Source: Bryobacterales bacterium (GTDB lineage: Bacteria; Acidobacteriota; Terriglobia; Bryobacterales; UBA6623). Taken from it: a stretch of 64,000 bases of DNA. Each line of letters begins with the position of its first letter. Positions within the stretch are counted from its first letter, which is position 1. Below the pieces are notes generated by a model that worked only from the letters and a program-made list of their open reading frames with translations, had not been told where the DNA came from and made no database searches. This document shows, piece after piece, positions 49,332 through 61,065 of the stretch. Location of the stretch: contig OY729427.2 of assembly GCA_963422375.2 (NCBI GenBank), positions 1,664,001-1,728,000 on the forward strand. The letters run 5' to 3'. The position numbers were made by a program, and so were the translations under genes.

Positions 49332-51138
49332 TTGGCACTCAGAATGGCAGGTAATCTAGTTGCCTCAGCGCTTTGTGTAGTCATGGTGTCTTCGGGACAC
49401 TCGATTGTGATCCGTGGCAGCTTAGAAAACTCAGAAGGCGTATCTCTAATCGGAATCCATTGACTCTATTGAAGAGGGATACGATATCCGTGTCACTACC
49501 CATTCCACAGATTCAGACGGTATGTTCCGTGTTTCTGCTGATACGAGATATGGTATTGCAATGGGAATTATATATCTGAGTGTCGAGGCAACCTATTTGG
49601 CAAATTATCAATCCATAACTTAATTTGATATTTCTTCCGGATATCTGTTGACAGTCTGTAGAGTTCCTTGATAGAATAGTTGCAATATAGGAGGTCTTCG
49701 TTGAAGAAGGCGAAGCAGAAAGGTCCCGGGAAGTGGTTTCGTAAAGGCATCACCTTGATCGAAGTGATTGCCATGTTCCCCGATGACGAATCCGCGGAAA
49801 AGTGGTTCGCCTCCGTGCGCTGGCCGGACGGTCCGGCATGCCCCCGCTGCCGCGGCTCCAGCGTGCAGTCCGGCGCGGCCCACCCTTCGATGCCGTACCG
49901 TTGCCGCGGTTGCGGCAAGCGCTTTTCCGTGCGCACCGGCAGCGTGATGGCCGACGCCAAGCTCGGCTACCGCGTCCGGGCCGTGGCCCTGTTCCTGCTG
50001 ACCACCGGCCTCCAGGGCGTCTCCGGCATGAAGCTGCACCGCGACCCGGGCATCAGCCGGAAGTCGGCCTGGCACTTGGCGCACCGCATCCGCGCGTGCT
50101 GGGAGCGGGACCTGTTCGTCGGCCCGGTGGAAGTGGACGAGACCTGCGTCGGCGGCAAGGAGCGCAACAAGCACGAGAGCAAGAAGGCCCGCGCCGGGCG
50201 CGGGCCGGTCGGCAAGACCCCCGTGGCGGGCGCGCAGGTCCGCTCCGACGAGGCGGCGGCCTGCGCCGGCATGGCGGAGTTCCCGCACGAGGGCGTCAAG
50301 CACTCCGGCGGCGAGTACGTGCGTGGGGCGGCGCATACGAACGGCATCGAGTCGTTCCGGTCCCTGTTCAAGCGCGGCCTCTACGGAACCTATCACCGGA
50401 TGAGCGTCCGTCATCCGGGTCGCTACCTCGCGGAGTTCGCGGGACGGCGCAACGCCCGCAACTGCGACACGGCGGAACGGATGCGGCGCATGGCGCGGGG
50501 CCCGGTCGGCCGGACGCTGACCTACCGGCAGCTGGTCGGCAAGGCCGCGGTCGCGGCCTGAGCACGGCCTAGCCGGTCCGCTGCGGCCTCTCTTCACGCT
50601 CGGTGCGAAGGGCGCTCCGGATCCGGAATCCCGCGCCGCGACCGGTGTCCAGCCCGGACGATTCATAGATGCAGCCGCCCTGGAAGGGGAGCCTCTCCAC
50701 GGCAATCCGGGTTCCGCCGGGGCGCCCGAGGCGGCCTCTCCAGTCCCTGCGCCGCGAAATCCGCTTGCCGGCGCGATTCAGATACGAACCGACCTTTCGG
50801 TGCCCACCTCGGCCGCACACCAATGACCCGAGCTAGACGGCGACTTCCCCAATCAGAGCAGTTCTAGCCGGACATGGCGTCGTCGGCACTCAGATATATA
50901 ATTCCCATTGGAATCCGTGCAAGCGCAGAGGATTACCCCTCTGATGAACAGAATATATAGCTTGGACCAAGAGGAGATGTCAGACTTGGGTTCGTACTTC
51001 CGACAACCCAGAGACTTAGTGGGAAGTATCATAGAATCACATGGATTGGGTGTTTCCCACACCACAGTTCATGTTTCGTACTATGAGACATACTGGCCGA
51101 CTTGTCTGTCGAAATATCACGAGTTTCATACTGAGTAG
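49332..51138 (+). pseudogene. Low-GC secreted-protein pseudogene (carboxypeptidase-regulatory-like repeats) split by IS1595
   Basis: Removing the IS and one TSD copy joins VTTHSTDSDGMFRVSADTRYGIA|IRASAEDYPSDEQNI; flanked by a signal-like segment, IRGSLENSEG and LVGSIIESHGLGV; additional frameshifts and stops. Confidence 0.5.
49563..50906 (+). mobile_element. IS1595-family element (ISNwi1-like ends); transposase about 49701-50561 with an internal deletion
   Basis: TIR GGGAATTATATATCTGAGTG(T/C)CGA at both ends; near-perfect 8-bp TSD ATTGCAAT/ATTGGAAT; CPRC..CRGC, VEVDET, GKT, HTNGIESF, RYLAEF..R.N. Confidence 0.93.
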
Positions 51139-51218
51139 ATCAAAAGTAATTCTTCCCTTTATCGCCCTCTTATGAAGCCAGTTTCGACACTTGAATGCGG
51201 TATAATTGTTGCATGAAT

Positions 51219-52274
51219 CTAGTGCGGGTCGAATCGCAAGTGTCGCGTCCGCCGGTGGTTTGCGAATGCGCAATCGATCAGTCGCTCGACGAGTTTCGGG
51301 AATGGGACGCCGCTGTGCTGCCACATGCGCGGATACATGCTGATCGAAGTGAACCCTGGCATCGTGTTCACCTCGTTGACCCAAATCTTCCCGGACGACC
51401 TCTCGACGAAGAAGTCGACCCTGGCAAGGCCCGAGCACCCGAGTGCTTCGAACGCCCTCAGAGCCAGTTCGCTGACCCTCCCGCGCTCTTCGTCCGCGAG
51501 CGGGGCCGGCACGATTAGCTCGGCGGTGTCGCTCACGTACTTGGCATCGTAGTCGTAGAAGTTTTCCCCCGTGACGATCTCCCCCGGCGCGGACACGGAC
51601 GGTGCTTCGTCTCCGAGCACGCCGCACTCGATTTCCCGGGCCTCGACGCCGGGCTCGGCGATGACCTTGCTGTCGAACTCCGCCGCGTAGCGGAGCGCCG
51701 CGATCAAGCTCGGACGGTCCGCCACCTTGCGGATGCCTATCGACGAGCCGAGATTGGCCGGCTTGACGAAGGCCGGATAGCCGATCCGCTCCTCCACTTC
51801 CGCGGTCCGCCCCTCCAGGTCGCGCCAATCCAGCGCGGCGTGGGGTAGCGTCGGGATGCCGTGCGCGGAGAACAGCCGCTTCATCACGTCCTTGTCCATC
51901 CCGCAAGCCGACCCGAGGACGCCCGAGCCCACGTACGGCACATCCGCTAGGTCAAGCAAGCCTTGGATCCTGCCATCCTCGCCGTACGGGCCGTGGAGGG
52001 CGGGGAAGACCACGTCGAATCCCTTCGACCTTCCCGGCTCGTGGCGGAACTCGACCGCGCCCGCGCTGCACTTCGCTGCGGCCGCGGGCGGCAGCAGGGC
52101 TGCCGAGCGCTCCGGGTCGAGCCAGCGGCCGCTCCGCTCGATGGCGACCGGGATGGTCTCGAACCTCGACGGGTCCAGCGCCGCGATGACCGATCCCGCC
52201 GAGACCACCGAGACCTCGTGCTCGCTGGAGCGTCCGCCGAAGAGGACCGCGACTCTGGTCTTGCGGGAGGGCAT
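51219..52274 (-). CDS. ddl: D-alanine--D-alanine ligase
   Basis: [62 protein letters not shown]. Confidence 0.97.
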   Translation of the reverse strand: MPSRKTRVAVLFGGRSSEHEVSVVSAGSVIAALDPSRFETIPVAIERSGRWLDPERSAALLPPAAAAKCSAGAVEFRHEPGRSKGFDVVFPALHGPYGEDGRIQGLLDLADVPYVGSGVLGSACGMDKDVMKRLFSAHGIPTLPHAALDWRDLEGRTAEVEERIGYPAFVKPANLGSSIGIRKVADRPSLIAALRYAAEFDSKVIAEPGVEAREIECGVLGDEAPSVSAPGEIVTGENFYDYDAKYVSDTAELIVPAPLADEERGRVSELALRAFEALGCSGLARVDFFVERSSGKIWVNEVNTMPGFTSISMYPRMWQHSGVPFPKLVERLIDCAFANHRRTRHLRFDPH

Positions 52275-52382
52275 GATTGCGGTGGGCAGGCAGCGAGCCG
52301 GGTACGCTACAGTGCTCGGTTGGCTGTTGGCGCCGCTGCGGGCCGGCGTCCCGGCGCCTGTCGATCCTGCAAACTATTCAGT

Positions 52383-53783
52383 ATGGCGAAGCGCTCGATT
52401 GCCGACCTACTCGGCGGCGGCGTGAGCCTCGGGAGTGACGTCGAAGTCCAGGGCTGGGTGCGCACGCGGCGGGATTCCAAGGCCGGCTTCTCATTCCTGC
52501 AGGTCAGCGATGGCTCGTGCTTCGCGACTCTCCAAATCGTCGCGGGCCGCGAGCTCGCCAACTACTCCGGCGAAATCCTGCGCCTCGGCAGCGGCTGCTC
52601 GATCACGGCGAGCGGGACGCTGGTCGCCTCCCGCGGGCGCGGTCAGGCCGTGGAGCTGCAGGCGACCGGCGTCCGCGTCGAGGGCTGGGTCGACGATCCC
52701 GACACCTACCCGATCTCCCCGAAGCGCCACAGCTTCGAGTTCCTGCGGGAAGTCGCGCACCTGCGGCCGCGCACGAACACCTTCGGGGCGGTGGCTAGGG
52801 TCCGGCACTGCCTGGCCAGGGCCGTCCATGACTTTTTCGATGCGCGCGGCTACCTGTGGATCCACACGCCGATCATCACGGCCTCGGACACCGAGGGAGC
52901 GGGCGAGCTGTTCCGCGTCAGCACGCTGGATCTGGCGAACGTGCCCCGGGACGCCTCCGGGCGGCCGGACTTCGCCAAGGACTTCTTCGGGCGGGAGGCG
53001 TTCCTGACTGTCTCCGGCCAGCTGAATGTCGAGTCCTTCTGCCTGGCGCTGACCAAGGTGTACACCTTCGGTCCGACCTTCCGCGCCGAGAATTCCAACA
53101 CCAGCCGGCACTTGGCCGAATTCTGGATGATCGAGCCGGAAACCGCTTTCGCCGGACTGGACGAGAACGCGTCCCTGGCCGAGGCCCTGCTCAAGCATCT
53201 GTTCCGGACGGTGTTAGAAGAGCGGCCCGACGACATGGAGTTCTTCGAGAAGCGCATCGACAAGCAGGCCGTCCGGCGCCTGCGGGCGCTCCTCGACCGG
53301 CCGTTCGAGCGTATGACCTACACCGAGGCTGTGCGAGCCCTGCAGCGCAGCGGGCGCAAGTTCGCCCATCCGGTGGAATGGGGCGCGGATCTCCAGGCCG
53401 AGCACGAGCGCTACCTGACGGAGCGGCTCGTCCAACGACCGGTCATTGTGACCAACTACCCGAAGGGCATCAAGCCCTTCTACATGCGCCTCGACGACGG
53501 CGGGGAGACAGTCGCCGCGATGGACGTGCTGGCCCCCGGCATCGGCGAGATCGTCGGCGGGAGCCAGCGGGAGGAGCGGCTCGAAGTTCTCGACGCCCGC
53601 CTCGCCGAGTGCGGCATTGCCGCCGAGGGGTACGGCTGGTACCGCGACTTGCGCCGCTACGGCAGCGTGCCGCACGCAGGCTTCGGCCTCGGGTTCGAGC
53701 GCACCATCAGCTACGTGACGGGCATGGCGAACGTTCGCGACGTGATTCCGTTCCCACGCACGCCCGGCAGCGCCGCGTTCTGA
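52383..53783 (+). CDS. asnS: Asparagine--tRNA ligase
   Basis: [70 protein letters not shown]. Confidence 0.97.
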   Translation: MAKRSIADLLGGGVSLGSDVEVQGWVRTRRDSKAGFSFLQVSDGSCFATLQIVAGRELANYSGEILRLGSGCSITASGTLVASRGRGQAVELQATGVRVEGWVDDPDTYPISPKRHSFEFLREVAHLRPRTNTFGAVARVRHCLARAVHDFFDARGYLWIHTPIITASDTEGAGELFRVSTLDLANVPRDASGRPDFAKDFFGREAFLTVSGQLNVESFCLALTKVYTFGPTFRAENSNTSRHLAEFWMIEPETAFAGLDENASLAEALLKHLFRTVLEERPDDMEFFEKRIDKQAVRRLRALLDRPFERMTYTEAVRALQRSGRKFAHPVEWGADLQAEHERYLTERLVQRPVIVTNYPKGIKPFYMRLDDGGETVAAMDVLAPGIGEIVGGSQREERLEVLDARLAECGIAAEGYGWYRDLRRYGSVPHAGFGLGFERTISYVTGMANVRDVIPFPRTPGSAAF

Positions 53784-53814
53784 CCGTCCCGCGCTCGTCC
53801 CCGAGACCGTCCGG

Positions 53815-56800
53815 TCAGGCCCGCGCCAGCGCCCGGCTCTCGCGCTCCCGCAGCGCCCTTTTCAGCTCGCGCGGATAGATCTTGCGAAACCGGGGCAGCA
53901 TCGATTCCCAATGCTCGAGCACCCACTGCCCCTTCGGGCTGCGCGTGTAGCTCACGTGCCGCTCGATCAGGTCGCGGACCAAGGCGAGGTCCGAGGCCAG
54001 CACGAGCGGCTCGACGTCCGCGTTGGCGTTCTGCATGCAGCGCTCCACGAAGTCGCCGCGCTCGTCCAGCACGTAGGCGAACCCGCCCGACATGCCCGCC
54101 GCGAAGTTCCGGCCGCACTCGCCAAGGATCACCGCGCAGCCGTTCGTCATGTACTCGCAGCCGTGGTCGCCCACGCCCTCGACCACGACTTGTGCGCCCG
54201 AGTTGCGAATGCAGAAGCGCTCGCCGGCCATCCCGTTGACGAAGGCCTCGCCCCCGGTCGCGCCGTAGAGCGCCACGTTTCCGATGACGATGTTCTCCTC
54301 GAAGACGAAGGTCGAGCCCGGCGGGGGCGAGATGACTAGCCGCCCGCCCGACAGCCCCTTGCCGAAGTAGTCGTTGGCGTCGCCGCGCACGAGCAGCGTC
54401 ATGCCCTTGCCCGCCCAGGCGCCGAAGCTCTGCCCGGCGCTGCCGGAGAAATGGATCCGAATGCAGTTCTCGGCGAGTCCGGCCGCGCCGTAGCGCTTGG
54501 CGATCTCGTGGGAGAGCATCGTTCCCGCGGTGCGGTCGGTGTTGCGCAGGTCGTAGGCGAACTCGACCGGGGTGCGCTCCTCCAAGGCCGGTCGGCAGAG
54601 TTCGATCAGGCGCTGGTCGATTTGCCGCTCCAAGCCGTGATCTTGGGTTTCGCAGTGGTACCGCGCGATCGCGCGGTCCACTGGCGGGTCGAAGAATACC
54701 CGCGCGAAGTCCAGCCCCTTGCTCTTGTAGTGCTCGACTGCCTCGCGCACGTCCAGGCGGTCCACCTTGCCGATCATGTCGTCGAAGCGGCGGAAGCCGA
54801 TCCGGGCCATGATCTGCCGCACTTCCTCGGCCACGAAGAAGAAGAAGTTCACGACGTGCTCGGGCGAGCCCTCGAACTTCCTGCGCAGCTCCCTGTTCTG
54901 GGTGGCGATGCCGACCGGGCACGTGTTCAGGTGGCATTTGCGCATCATGATGCAGCCCATCGCGATCAGGGGCATCGTGGAGAAGCCGAACTCGTCCGCC
55001 CCGAGCAGCGCGCCGATCACGACGTCGCGCCCCGTCTGCAGCTTGCCGTCCACCTGCACGCGGATGCGTCCCCGCAGGTCGTTCATGACCAGGACCTGCT
55101 GGGTCTCCGACAGGCCGAGCTCCCACGGCGTGCCCGCGTGCCGGATCGAGCTGACCGGGGATGCTCCCGTACCGCCGTCGTGCCCGGAGATCAGCACTAA
55201 GTCGGCGTGCCCCTTGGACACGCCGGCGGCCACCGTCCCGACGCCGACCTCGGAAACGAGCTTGACCGACACGTTGGCGTCGGGGTTGGAGTTCTTGAGG
55301 TCGAAGATCAGCTGCGCGAGGTCCTCGATGGAGTAGATGTCGTGGTGCGGAGGCGGCGAGATCAGGCCCACGCCGGGCGTGGAGTGCCGCAGCCAGGCGA
55401 TCGTCTCGTCGACCTTGTGGCCCGGCAGCTGGCCGCCCTCGCCGGGCTTGGCGCCTTGGGCGATCTTGATCTGCAGCTCGTCGGCGTTGGCGAGGTAGTG
55501 CGCCGTGACGCCGAAGCGCCCGGACGCGACCTGCTTGATCCGGGAGCGCCGGTCGTCCTCGTAGCGCGCCGGGTCCTCGCCGCCCTCGCCGGTGTTGGAG
55601 CGGCCGCCGATGCGGTTCATCGCGCGAGCCAGCGTCTCGTGGGCCTCGGCCGAGATCGAGCCGAAGCTCATCGCGCCCGTGCAGAAGCGCTTGACGATCT
55701 CGGACGCGGGTTCGACCGCGTCGAGCGGCAGCGGCTCGGCCGCCTCCCGGAGGTCGAACAGGCCGCGCAGCGTGCAGAGCTGCCTGTTCAGGTCGTTGGC
55801 CGCGCGCGAGTACTCCTCGTATGTTGCCCAGTGGTTCCGCCGCGCGGCGTACTGCAGCTGCGCGACGGTGTCGGGACTGAGCAGGTGCTGCTCGCCCCGC
55901 AGGCGATACTGGTACTCTCCGCCCACCGGCAGCTCCGTGATGTCCTGCGCCACGGGCAGGTACGCGTAGCGGTGCTTCTCGAGCGCCTCGCTCGCGAGCG
56001 TCTCCAGCTCGACCCCCTCGATCTGGGAGGTCGTGCCCGTGAAGAATTGGTCCACCACTTGGCGGGCCAGCCCGATCGCCTCGAAGATCTGCGCTCCGTG
56101 ATACGACTGGACAGTCGAGATGCCCATCTTGGACATCACCTTGAGGATGCCCTTGCGGATGGCCGTCTCGAAGTTCGCATGGGCCTGCGGGACGGTCAGG
56201 GAGGCCTCCGCCAGCTCGCCGCGCGCATGCATCCGCTCGAGAGTCTCGTAGGCGAGGTAGGCGTTGACCGCGTTCGCCCCGTAGCCGATGAGCAGGCAGA
56301 AGTGCATCACCTCGCGCGGCTCGCCGGACTCGACCACGATGCCGACCTTGCTGCGCTTGGCCCGGCGGATGAGATGGTGATGAACGGCCGCGCAGGCCAG
56401 CAGCGAGGGGATCGGCGCGGTGGCCTCGTCGACGCCGCGGTCGGTGAGCACCAGCACGGCCGCGCCGCCGTCGGCCGCCGACTCGGCCTCCCGGCAGAGC
56501 CGGTCGAGGGCCTTGCGCAGGCCTCCTGGGCCGTCCGCCACCGGGAAGGTGGCCGGCAGCGTCGCCGAGCGGAATCGCACGGCCGGGCCGAGGGCCCGCA
56601 GCTTCTCGAGCTTGACGTTGTCGATGACCGGCAGCGGCACCTTGACCACGTGGGCGTAGTCCGGGCGCTCGCCGAGCACGTTGCCCTGGGGCCCGATGTA
56701 GGTCACCGTCGACATCACGAGCTCCTCGCGGATGGGGTCGATGGCGGGGTTGGTGACCTGGGCGAACAGCTGCTTGAAGTAGCTGAACAGCAGCTGCGGG

Positions 56801-58335
56801 CGCTCCGAGAGGCAGGCGAGCGGGATGTCGATGCCCATTGAGCCGACCGGTTCGGCGCCGGCGGTGGCCATCGGCGCGAGCAGCATGCGCTCGTGCTCCA
56901 TCGTGTACCCGAACGCCCGCTGGCGCTGCACCAGCGAGGCGAAGTCCGTGCGCCGGACCGAGGGCGGCTCGGGCAGGTCCCCGAGGTCGATGAGGTTCCG
57001 GCGCAGCCACTCCCCGTATGCCCTCCGCTTGGAGACAGTCTCCTTGATCTCCTCGTCGCGCACGATGCGGCCTTCCCGCATGTCTACTAGGAACATGCGA
57101 CCGGGCTGCAGGCGCCCCTTCATGCGCACGTTGGCCGGACGTATGTCAGGCAGCACGCCGGTCTCGGACGCCATGACGACCAAGTCGTCGTAGGTCACCG
57201 AGTAGCGGGACGGCCGCAGGCCGTTGCGGTCCAGCGAGCCCCCGACGAATCGCCCGTCGGTGAACACGATGGACGCGGGTCCGTCCCACGGCTCCATCAT
57301 CGTGGCGTGAAATTCGTAGAACTCCTTCTTGTATGCCTGCATGTGCTCGTGGGACGACCACGCCTCGGGGATGAGCATCATGAAGGAGTGGGCGATCGAG
57401 CGGCCCGACTGGATCAGCAGCTCGAGGGCGTTGTCGATCTGGGTCGAGTCCGAGCCGGTCTCGTCGATGATGGGCCGGATCTTATCCACGTCGGAGCCGA
57501 ACAGGTCGCTCCGGAGGGTGGCCTCGCGCGCCCGCATCCAATTCGCGTTGCCGCGCACGGTGTTGATCTCGCCGTTGTGGGCGAGGTAGCGGAACGGCTG
57601 GGCGCGCTCCCACGTGGGAAAGGTGTTGGTCGAGAAGCGCTGGTGGATCAGGGCGACCGCGGACTGGAAGCTCGAATCGCCTAGGTCGGGATAGTAGCCG
57701 AGGATCTGGGGCGCTAGGAGCAGGCCCTTGTAGCACACGGTCTGCGAGGACAGCGTTGCCGGGTAGTACCGCGGAATCTCCCGCTTGCGGGCCTCTCGCT
57801 CCGTGCGCTTGCGAAGGATGTACAGCTTGCGCTCGAACGCGTCGCCGCGCAGCAGCGTCTCGCCGGCCTGCTTGAGGAAGACTTGGTAGATGTGCGGCTC
57901 GCTCTCGCGTGCGAGCCAGCCGATGGCCCGGGAGTTCGTCGGGACCCGCCTCCATGCGAGCACCTCCATGCCCTCGGCCAGCGCCGTCTCCTCGAGCATC
58001 TGCCGGCCCGCTCGGGAGGCCGACTCCTGCGGCGACAGGAAGACCATCCCGACGGCGTAGTCGCCGGCGGGAGGCAGCGAGAAGCCCATCTCCGTGGCTC
58101 GCTGGCGGAAGAACTCGTGGGGGATCTGCAGCAGCAGGCCGGCCCCGTCGCCAGTCTCGGGATCGCAGCCGCATGCGCCCCGATGCGTGAGGTTGACCAG
58201 CACCTCGACGCCTTGCTGGATGATCCTCTGGCTGGGACGGCCTCGGATGTCCGCTACGAATCCGATGCCGCACGCGTCGTGTTCGAAGCGAGGGTCGTAC
58301 AGGCCTTGGCGGGTAGGGAGTCCGTGCTTCGTCAT
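53815..58335 (-). CDS. gltB: Glutamate synthase large subunit
   Basis: EHDACGIGF (Ntn Cys), HQRFSTNT, EPWDGP, GAMSFGS, KQVASGRFGV, AQGAKPGEGGQLPG, 3Fe-4S GCIMMRKCHLNTC, GERFCIRNSG. Confidence 0.98.
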   Translation of the reverse strand: MTKHGLPTRQGLYDPRFEHDACGIGFVADIRGRPSQRIIQQGVEVLVNLTHRGACGCDPETGDGAGLLLQIPHEFFRQRATEMGFSLPPAGDYAVGMVFLSPQESASRAGRQMLEETALAEGMEVLAWRRVPTNSRAIGWLARESEPHIYQVFLKQAGETLLRGDAFERKLYILRKRTEREARKREIPRYYPATLSSQTVCYKGLLLAPQILGYYPDLGDSSFQSAVALIHQRFSTNTFPTWERAQPFRYLAHNGEINTVRGNANWMRAREATLRSDLFGSDVDKIRPIIDETGSDSTQIDNALELLIQSGRSIAHSFMMLIPEAWSSHEHMQAYKKEFYEFHATMMEPWDGPASIVFTDGRFVGGSLDRNGLRPSRYSVTYDDLVVMASETGVLPDIRPANVRMKGRLQPGRMFLVDMREGRIVRDEEIKETVSKRRAYGEWLRRNLIDLGDLPEPPSVRRTDFASLVQRQRAFGYTMEHERMLLAPMATAGAEPVGSMGIDIPLACLSERPQLLFSYFKQLFAQVTNPAIDPIREELVMSTVTYIGPQGNVLGERPDYAHVVKVPLPVIDNVKLEKLRALGPAVRFRSATLPATFPVADGPGGLRKALDRLCREAESAADGGAAVLVLTDRGVDEATAPIPSLLACAAVHHHLIRRAKRSKVGIVVESGEPREVMHFCLLIGYGANAVNAYLAYETLERMHARGELAEASLTVPQAHANFETAIRKGILKVMSKMGISTVQSYHGAQIFEAIGLARQVVDQFFTGTTSQIEGVELETLASEALEKHRYAYLPVAQDITELPVGGEYQYRLRGEQHLLSPDTVAQLQYAARRNHWATYEEYSRAANDLNRQLCTLRGLFDLREAAEPLPLDAVEPASEIVKRFCTGAMSFGSISAEAHETLARAMNRIGGRSNTGEGGEDPARYEDDRRSRIKQVASGRFGVTAHYLANADELQIKIAQGAKPGEGGQLPGHKVDETIAWLRHSTPGVGLISPPPHHDIYSIEDLAQLIFDLKNSNPDANVSVKLVSEVGVGTVAAGVSKGHADLVLISGHDGGTGASPVSSIRHAGTPWELGLSETQQVLVMNDLRGRIRVQVDGKLQTGRDVVIGALLGADEFGFSTMPLIAMGCIMMRKCHLNTCPVGIATQNRELRRKFEGSPEHVVNFFFFVAEEVRQIMARIGFRRFDDMIGKVDRLDVREAVEHYKSKGLDFARVFFDPPVDRAIARYHCETQDHGLERQIDQRLIELCRPALEERTPVEFAYDLRNTDRTAGTMLSHEIAKRYGAAGLAENCIRIHFSGSAGQSFGAWAGKGMTLLVRGDANDYFGKGLSGGRLVISPPPGSTFVFEENIVIGNVALYGATGGEAFVNGMAGERFCIRNSGAQVVVEGVGDHGCEYMTNGCAVILGECGRNFAAGMSGGFAYVLDERGDFVERCMQNANADVEPLVLASDLALVRDLIERHVSYTRSPKGQWVLEHWESMLPRFRKIYPRELKRALRERESRALARA

Positions 58336-58465
58336 GGTCGTTTCTTAGTGCCCAGCGACGGCTCCGTGCCATCCCCGGGACGCCCGCGGACGCCGTGTCG
58401 AAGATCGGAGCGACTAATGGATACGGTGCCGCGCCCCTCTAGGCCGGCTGCGGAACCGCCAAGCG

Positions 58466-58474
58466 ATTATACCA
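58466..58474 (-). promoter_or_regulatory. Extended -10 promoter element upstream of gltB
   Basis: Minus strand reads TGGTATAAT (TGn-TATAAT) about 130 nt upstream of the gltB ATG. Confidence 0.55.
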
Positions 58475-59164
58475 GTTGGCATCGGCCTTGGCGGGCCGAG
58501 CGGGCGCGGGGAGCATGGTCGCAGCCTCGTTCGGGCATCGCTGCGGAAGGCTTGGCGCCGGAGGGCCAGCTGATCGGACCGAGGATGACGCTGCGAGGGC
58601 CGAGCGCGCTTCTTCCCGATCAACACAGGGGATGGACCTGTTCGACGGTGAACCTGTTGCGGCTAACCGGCCACTGCTCTGCGGCGTCTCGGGCCGGGCA
58701 GTTTCGAGGCGGGCCCGAGTTGCCCGCGACCCTGTGGCGGGGCTTCGCTGCTGGTCTCGCGAAGGCGGCAGGATGGGACGTCACGGACGCGTCTCGCTGA
58801 CGAAAGACCACGGACTTGAGAGGTTTGGCTGCCTCTTCGCCTCGCATGCCGACCAAGCGGCGTTCGCGATTATGGGAGGCCATGGGGCAAGGCGGACGCC
58901 GTTGCTCTCCGTTGCGAGGCGTCGCGCCGCGACCGTCGGGAACGGACGCAGGGTGAGACGCCCCCCTCTATCGGTCGCAGGCCCGCGGTGCGTGCCGCCG
59001 ATTCGAGTCCAGACACCGTTTGCCTGTCCACATCGACCTCGCCGGCCGACAGTGTAGTGAGCTGCGGCGCGGCTACCGAGCTCGCGACGGCACGCGTGGC
59101 TGCCCAAGCAACACCGGAGCCGTCCCACCGGCGGCCCGCTTCAGCAAGACTCTCCAAGAAATCG

Positions 59165-60465
59165 CGCCACGTTGCCCCGACCGCGACAGGAACAGACACG
59201 CTCCTCAAGAATCCCCTCCACGGCCTTCCGGCGCATGGCCGGGAGGTGCCGAGGGCGGAATGGAGCTGCTAGCAGGCGGCTTGGGGTGAATCACCCGCAC
59301 CGCCCGCACGATAGCCGGTCCGCGTCCTCGCCCGCCTGCGGCACTACCTCGTGCATCAGGCTGGGCACGGCGTAGCGCTCCAGCAGCAAACCGTAGGACT
59401 CCTGCTCCACCAAGTCCGGGGTCTTGCTGCTCAGCACGATGCGCGCACCTCGCGGAGGCGTCCCGAGAGTGTCCAGCGCCGTCTCGATCTCCCAGCGCTC
59501 GTGGTGCAGAGCGGCCACTTCCAGCGCCGGAGCCGGGTCGGGGTCCGGCATCGTGGTGACCAAGCGGTACAGGCGCCCGCCACGCCCGCCACGCCCGCCA
59601 GCCGTTACTCGATGACGCGTGCGTCGCTCGAACCCGTCGCGCTCAGGTACGAGCCGTCCGGGAGGTGCCGGCGGCGGGGCATGGCCTGCCCCGCCTTGAG
59701 GCGCCACAGCTGGTCGGCTCCCGTAGACCGCGCTAGGCACCACATGGTGCGGTCGAAGAGGCCGCGGCCGGCAAGACAGAGCGTTCCGGGCTCCAGACGG
59801 GCCAGCACTTCGGGCGCCAGAGCTGCTTCGCTCGTTCCGTAAGAGCTCATCCGCGCTCCGAACAGAACGTGTGTGCCCGCCTCCACCAAGGACACCATGC
59901 GCAGCTGCTGGCCCGCGCGGGGCCCCGGCCCGCCCCGCGCTCGCCCGTAGCGCTCCGCGTTGGCGGGATCGCCGGCCACGTCCAGCGTGCTCCCGTCCGG
60001 CCGAACCAGCCGCGACCGCTTGTACCATGCACCGCGAGTCCGCGCCCGGGCCACCGGCCGCACAATCTCGTGGTGCAACGCCTTCAACGGCTCCGGTCCC
60101 AGCCGTCGCCGCGCCTGCGAGATCGCCGAGTCCGTCGGCACCCGGCCCGGGCCTCCCAGCCAGCGGGAACCCCCCAGCAGGCAGCGCAGCACCTCCCGGT
60201 AGGGCGATTGCATGTAGAGCGCCAGCGCGATTACGTAGTACACGACCACCTGCGCGGGCGGGGCCCGCCGGCGCTTTTCGGCCTTGCCTGTCCGCGTCAG
60301 GAATGCGCGGATCCTCGCCCCTGGGAGGGTCCGCGCACGCACGCCCAAACTGATGTAGTCGGTGATGCGCGCGCCTTTCGGCAGCTCCGCTCGAGTACGT
60401 GCAATTGTCCACCCCGACGGCACTAGGGTACGGTATGACGAACCCCTCCACGAGGGAGTATTGGG
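59165..60465 (-). mobile_element. IS4-family transposase pseudogene (Nterm_IS4 type)
   Basis: ARTRAELPKGARITDYISLGV, VVVYYVIALAL, SAISQARRRLG, DGSTLDV, LPDGSYL, YRLVTT, HERWEIETA, LVEQE.YG; frameshifts and deletions. Confidence 0.88.
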
Positions 60466-60904
60466 CCCAAGCCGTTGTGGCACAGAGACTTGGAGTTCTA
60501 CGGACAGCCTCGCCAAGGGCGTTGGGTACTTGCCTCGGCGAGGTGGGAATCCGATTCGCGAGGGGCTGGCAGAGGTCGCGAGAGGTTTCCCTGGGTAGAG
60601 CTGCCGCTCGGGACCGGTGACGCAAGCCGGCCGCCGAGCACGCCACAGCGGGCGCCGCTGGGGCAATTCGGGGGGGCGCTCGTCGACACAGACACCCGTC
60701 CCGCAGGAAAGCAGGCACGCAGAATGCAGGGCTTGCGCCGGAATCCGGGGGAATGCGTGACGGATCTAGTGCCAGCCGAGCACGCCTCCTGGCGGGAGAC
60801 AGTGGCGGCGGGCGATATGCACTGCCTGGCGGTGCGGTCCTCTGAAGTACAATAGGCTGGAGAGGGCAGTAGGGTGGCGGTGCCCGGTTCTGCTCTCGCT
60901 TCGT

Positions 60905-60993
60905 GCGCAAGTGGCGGAATTGGCAGACGCGCTAGGTTCAGGTCCTAGTGGGAGTTAAATCCCGTGGAGGTTCAAGTCCTCTCTTGCGCACCA
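60905..60993 (+). tRNA. tRNA-Leu (CAG)
   Basis: GCGCAAGTGGCGGAATTGGCAGACGCGCTAGGTTCAGGTCCTAG, long variable arm, GGAGGTTCAAGTCCTCTCTTGCGCACCA. Confidence 0.97.
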
Positions 60994-61065
60994 TTCGAGC
61001 TCGGGCGGCCGGCCGTGTGTTGATCGACGCGCGTACCCGGCTGCAGGCACAGTCGCAGCGCACTA

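Noticed and set aside
53711..57010. Long alternative-frame and antisense ORFs (e.g. 1099 aa here, 756 aa at 4657, 662 aa at 11643)
   Set aside because: Arg/Ala/Gly/Pro-rich shadows of real genes caused by stop-codon scarcity at high GC; no motifs.
58480..59160. Small ORFs or riboswitch upstream of gltB
   Set aside because: No recognisable riboswitch consensus or protein motif; probably decayed sequence next to the IS4 relic.
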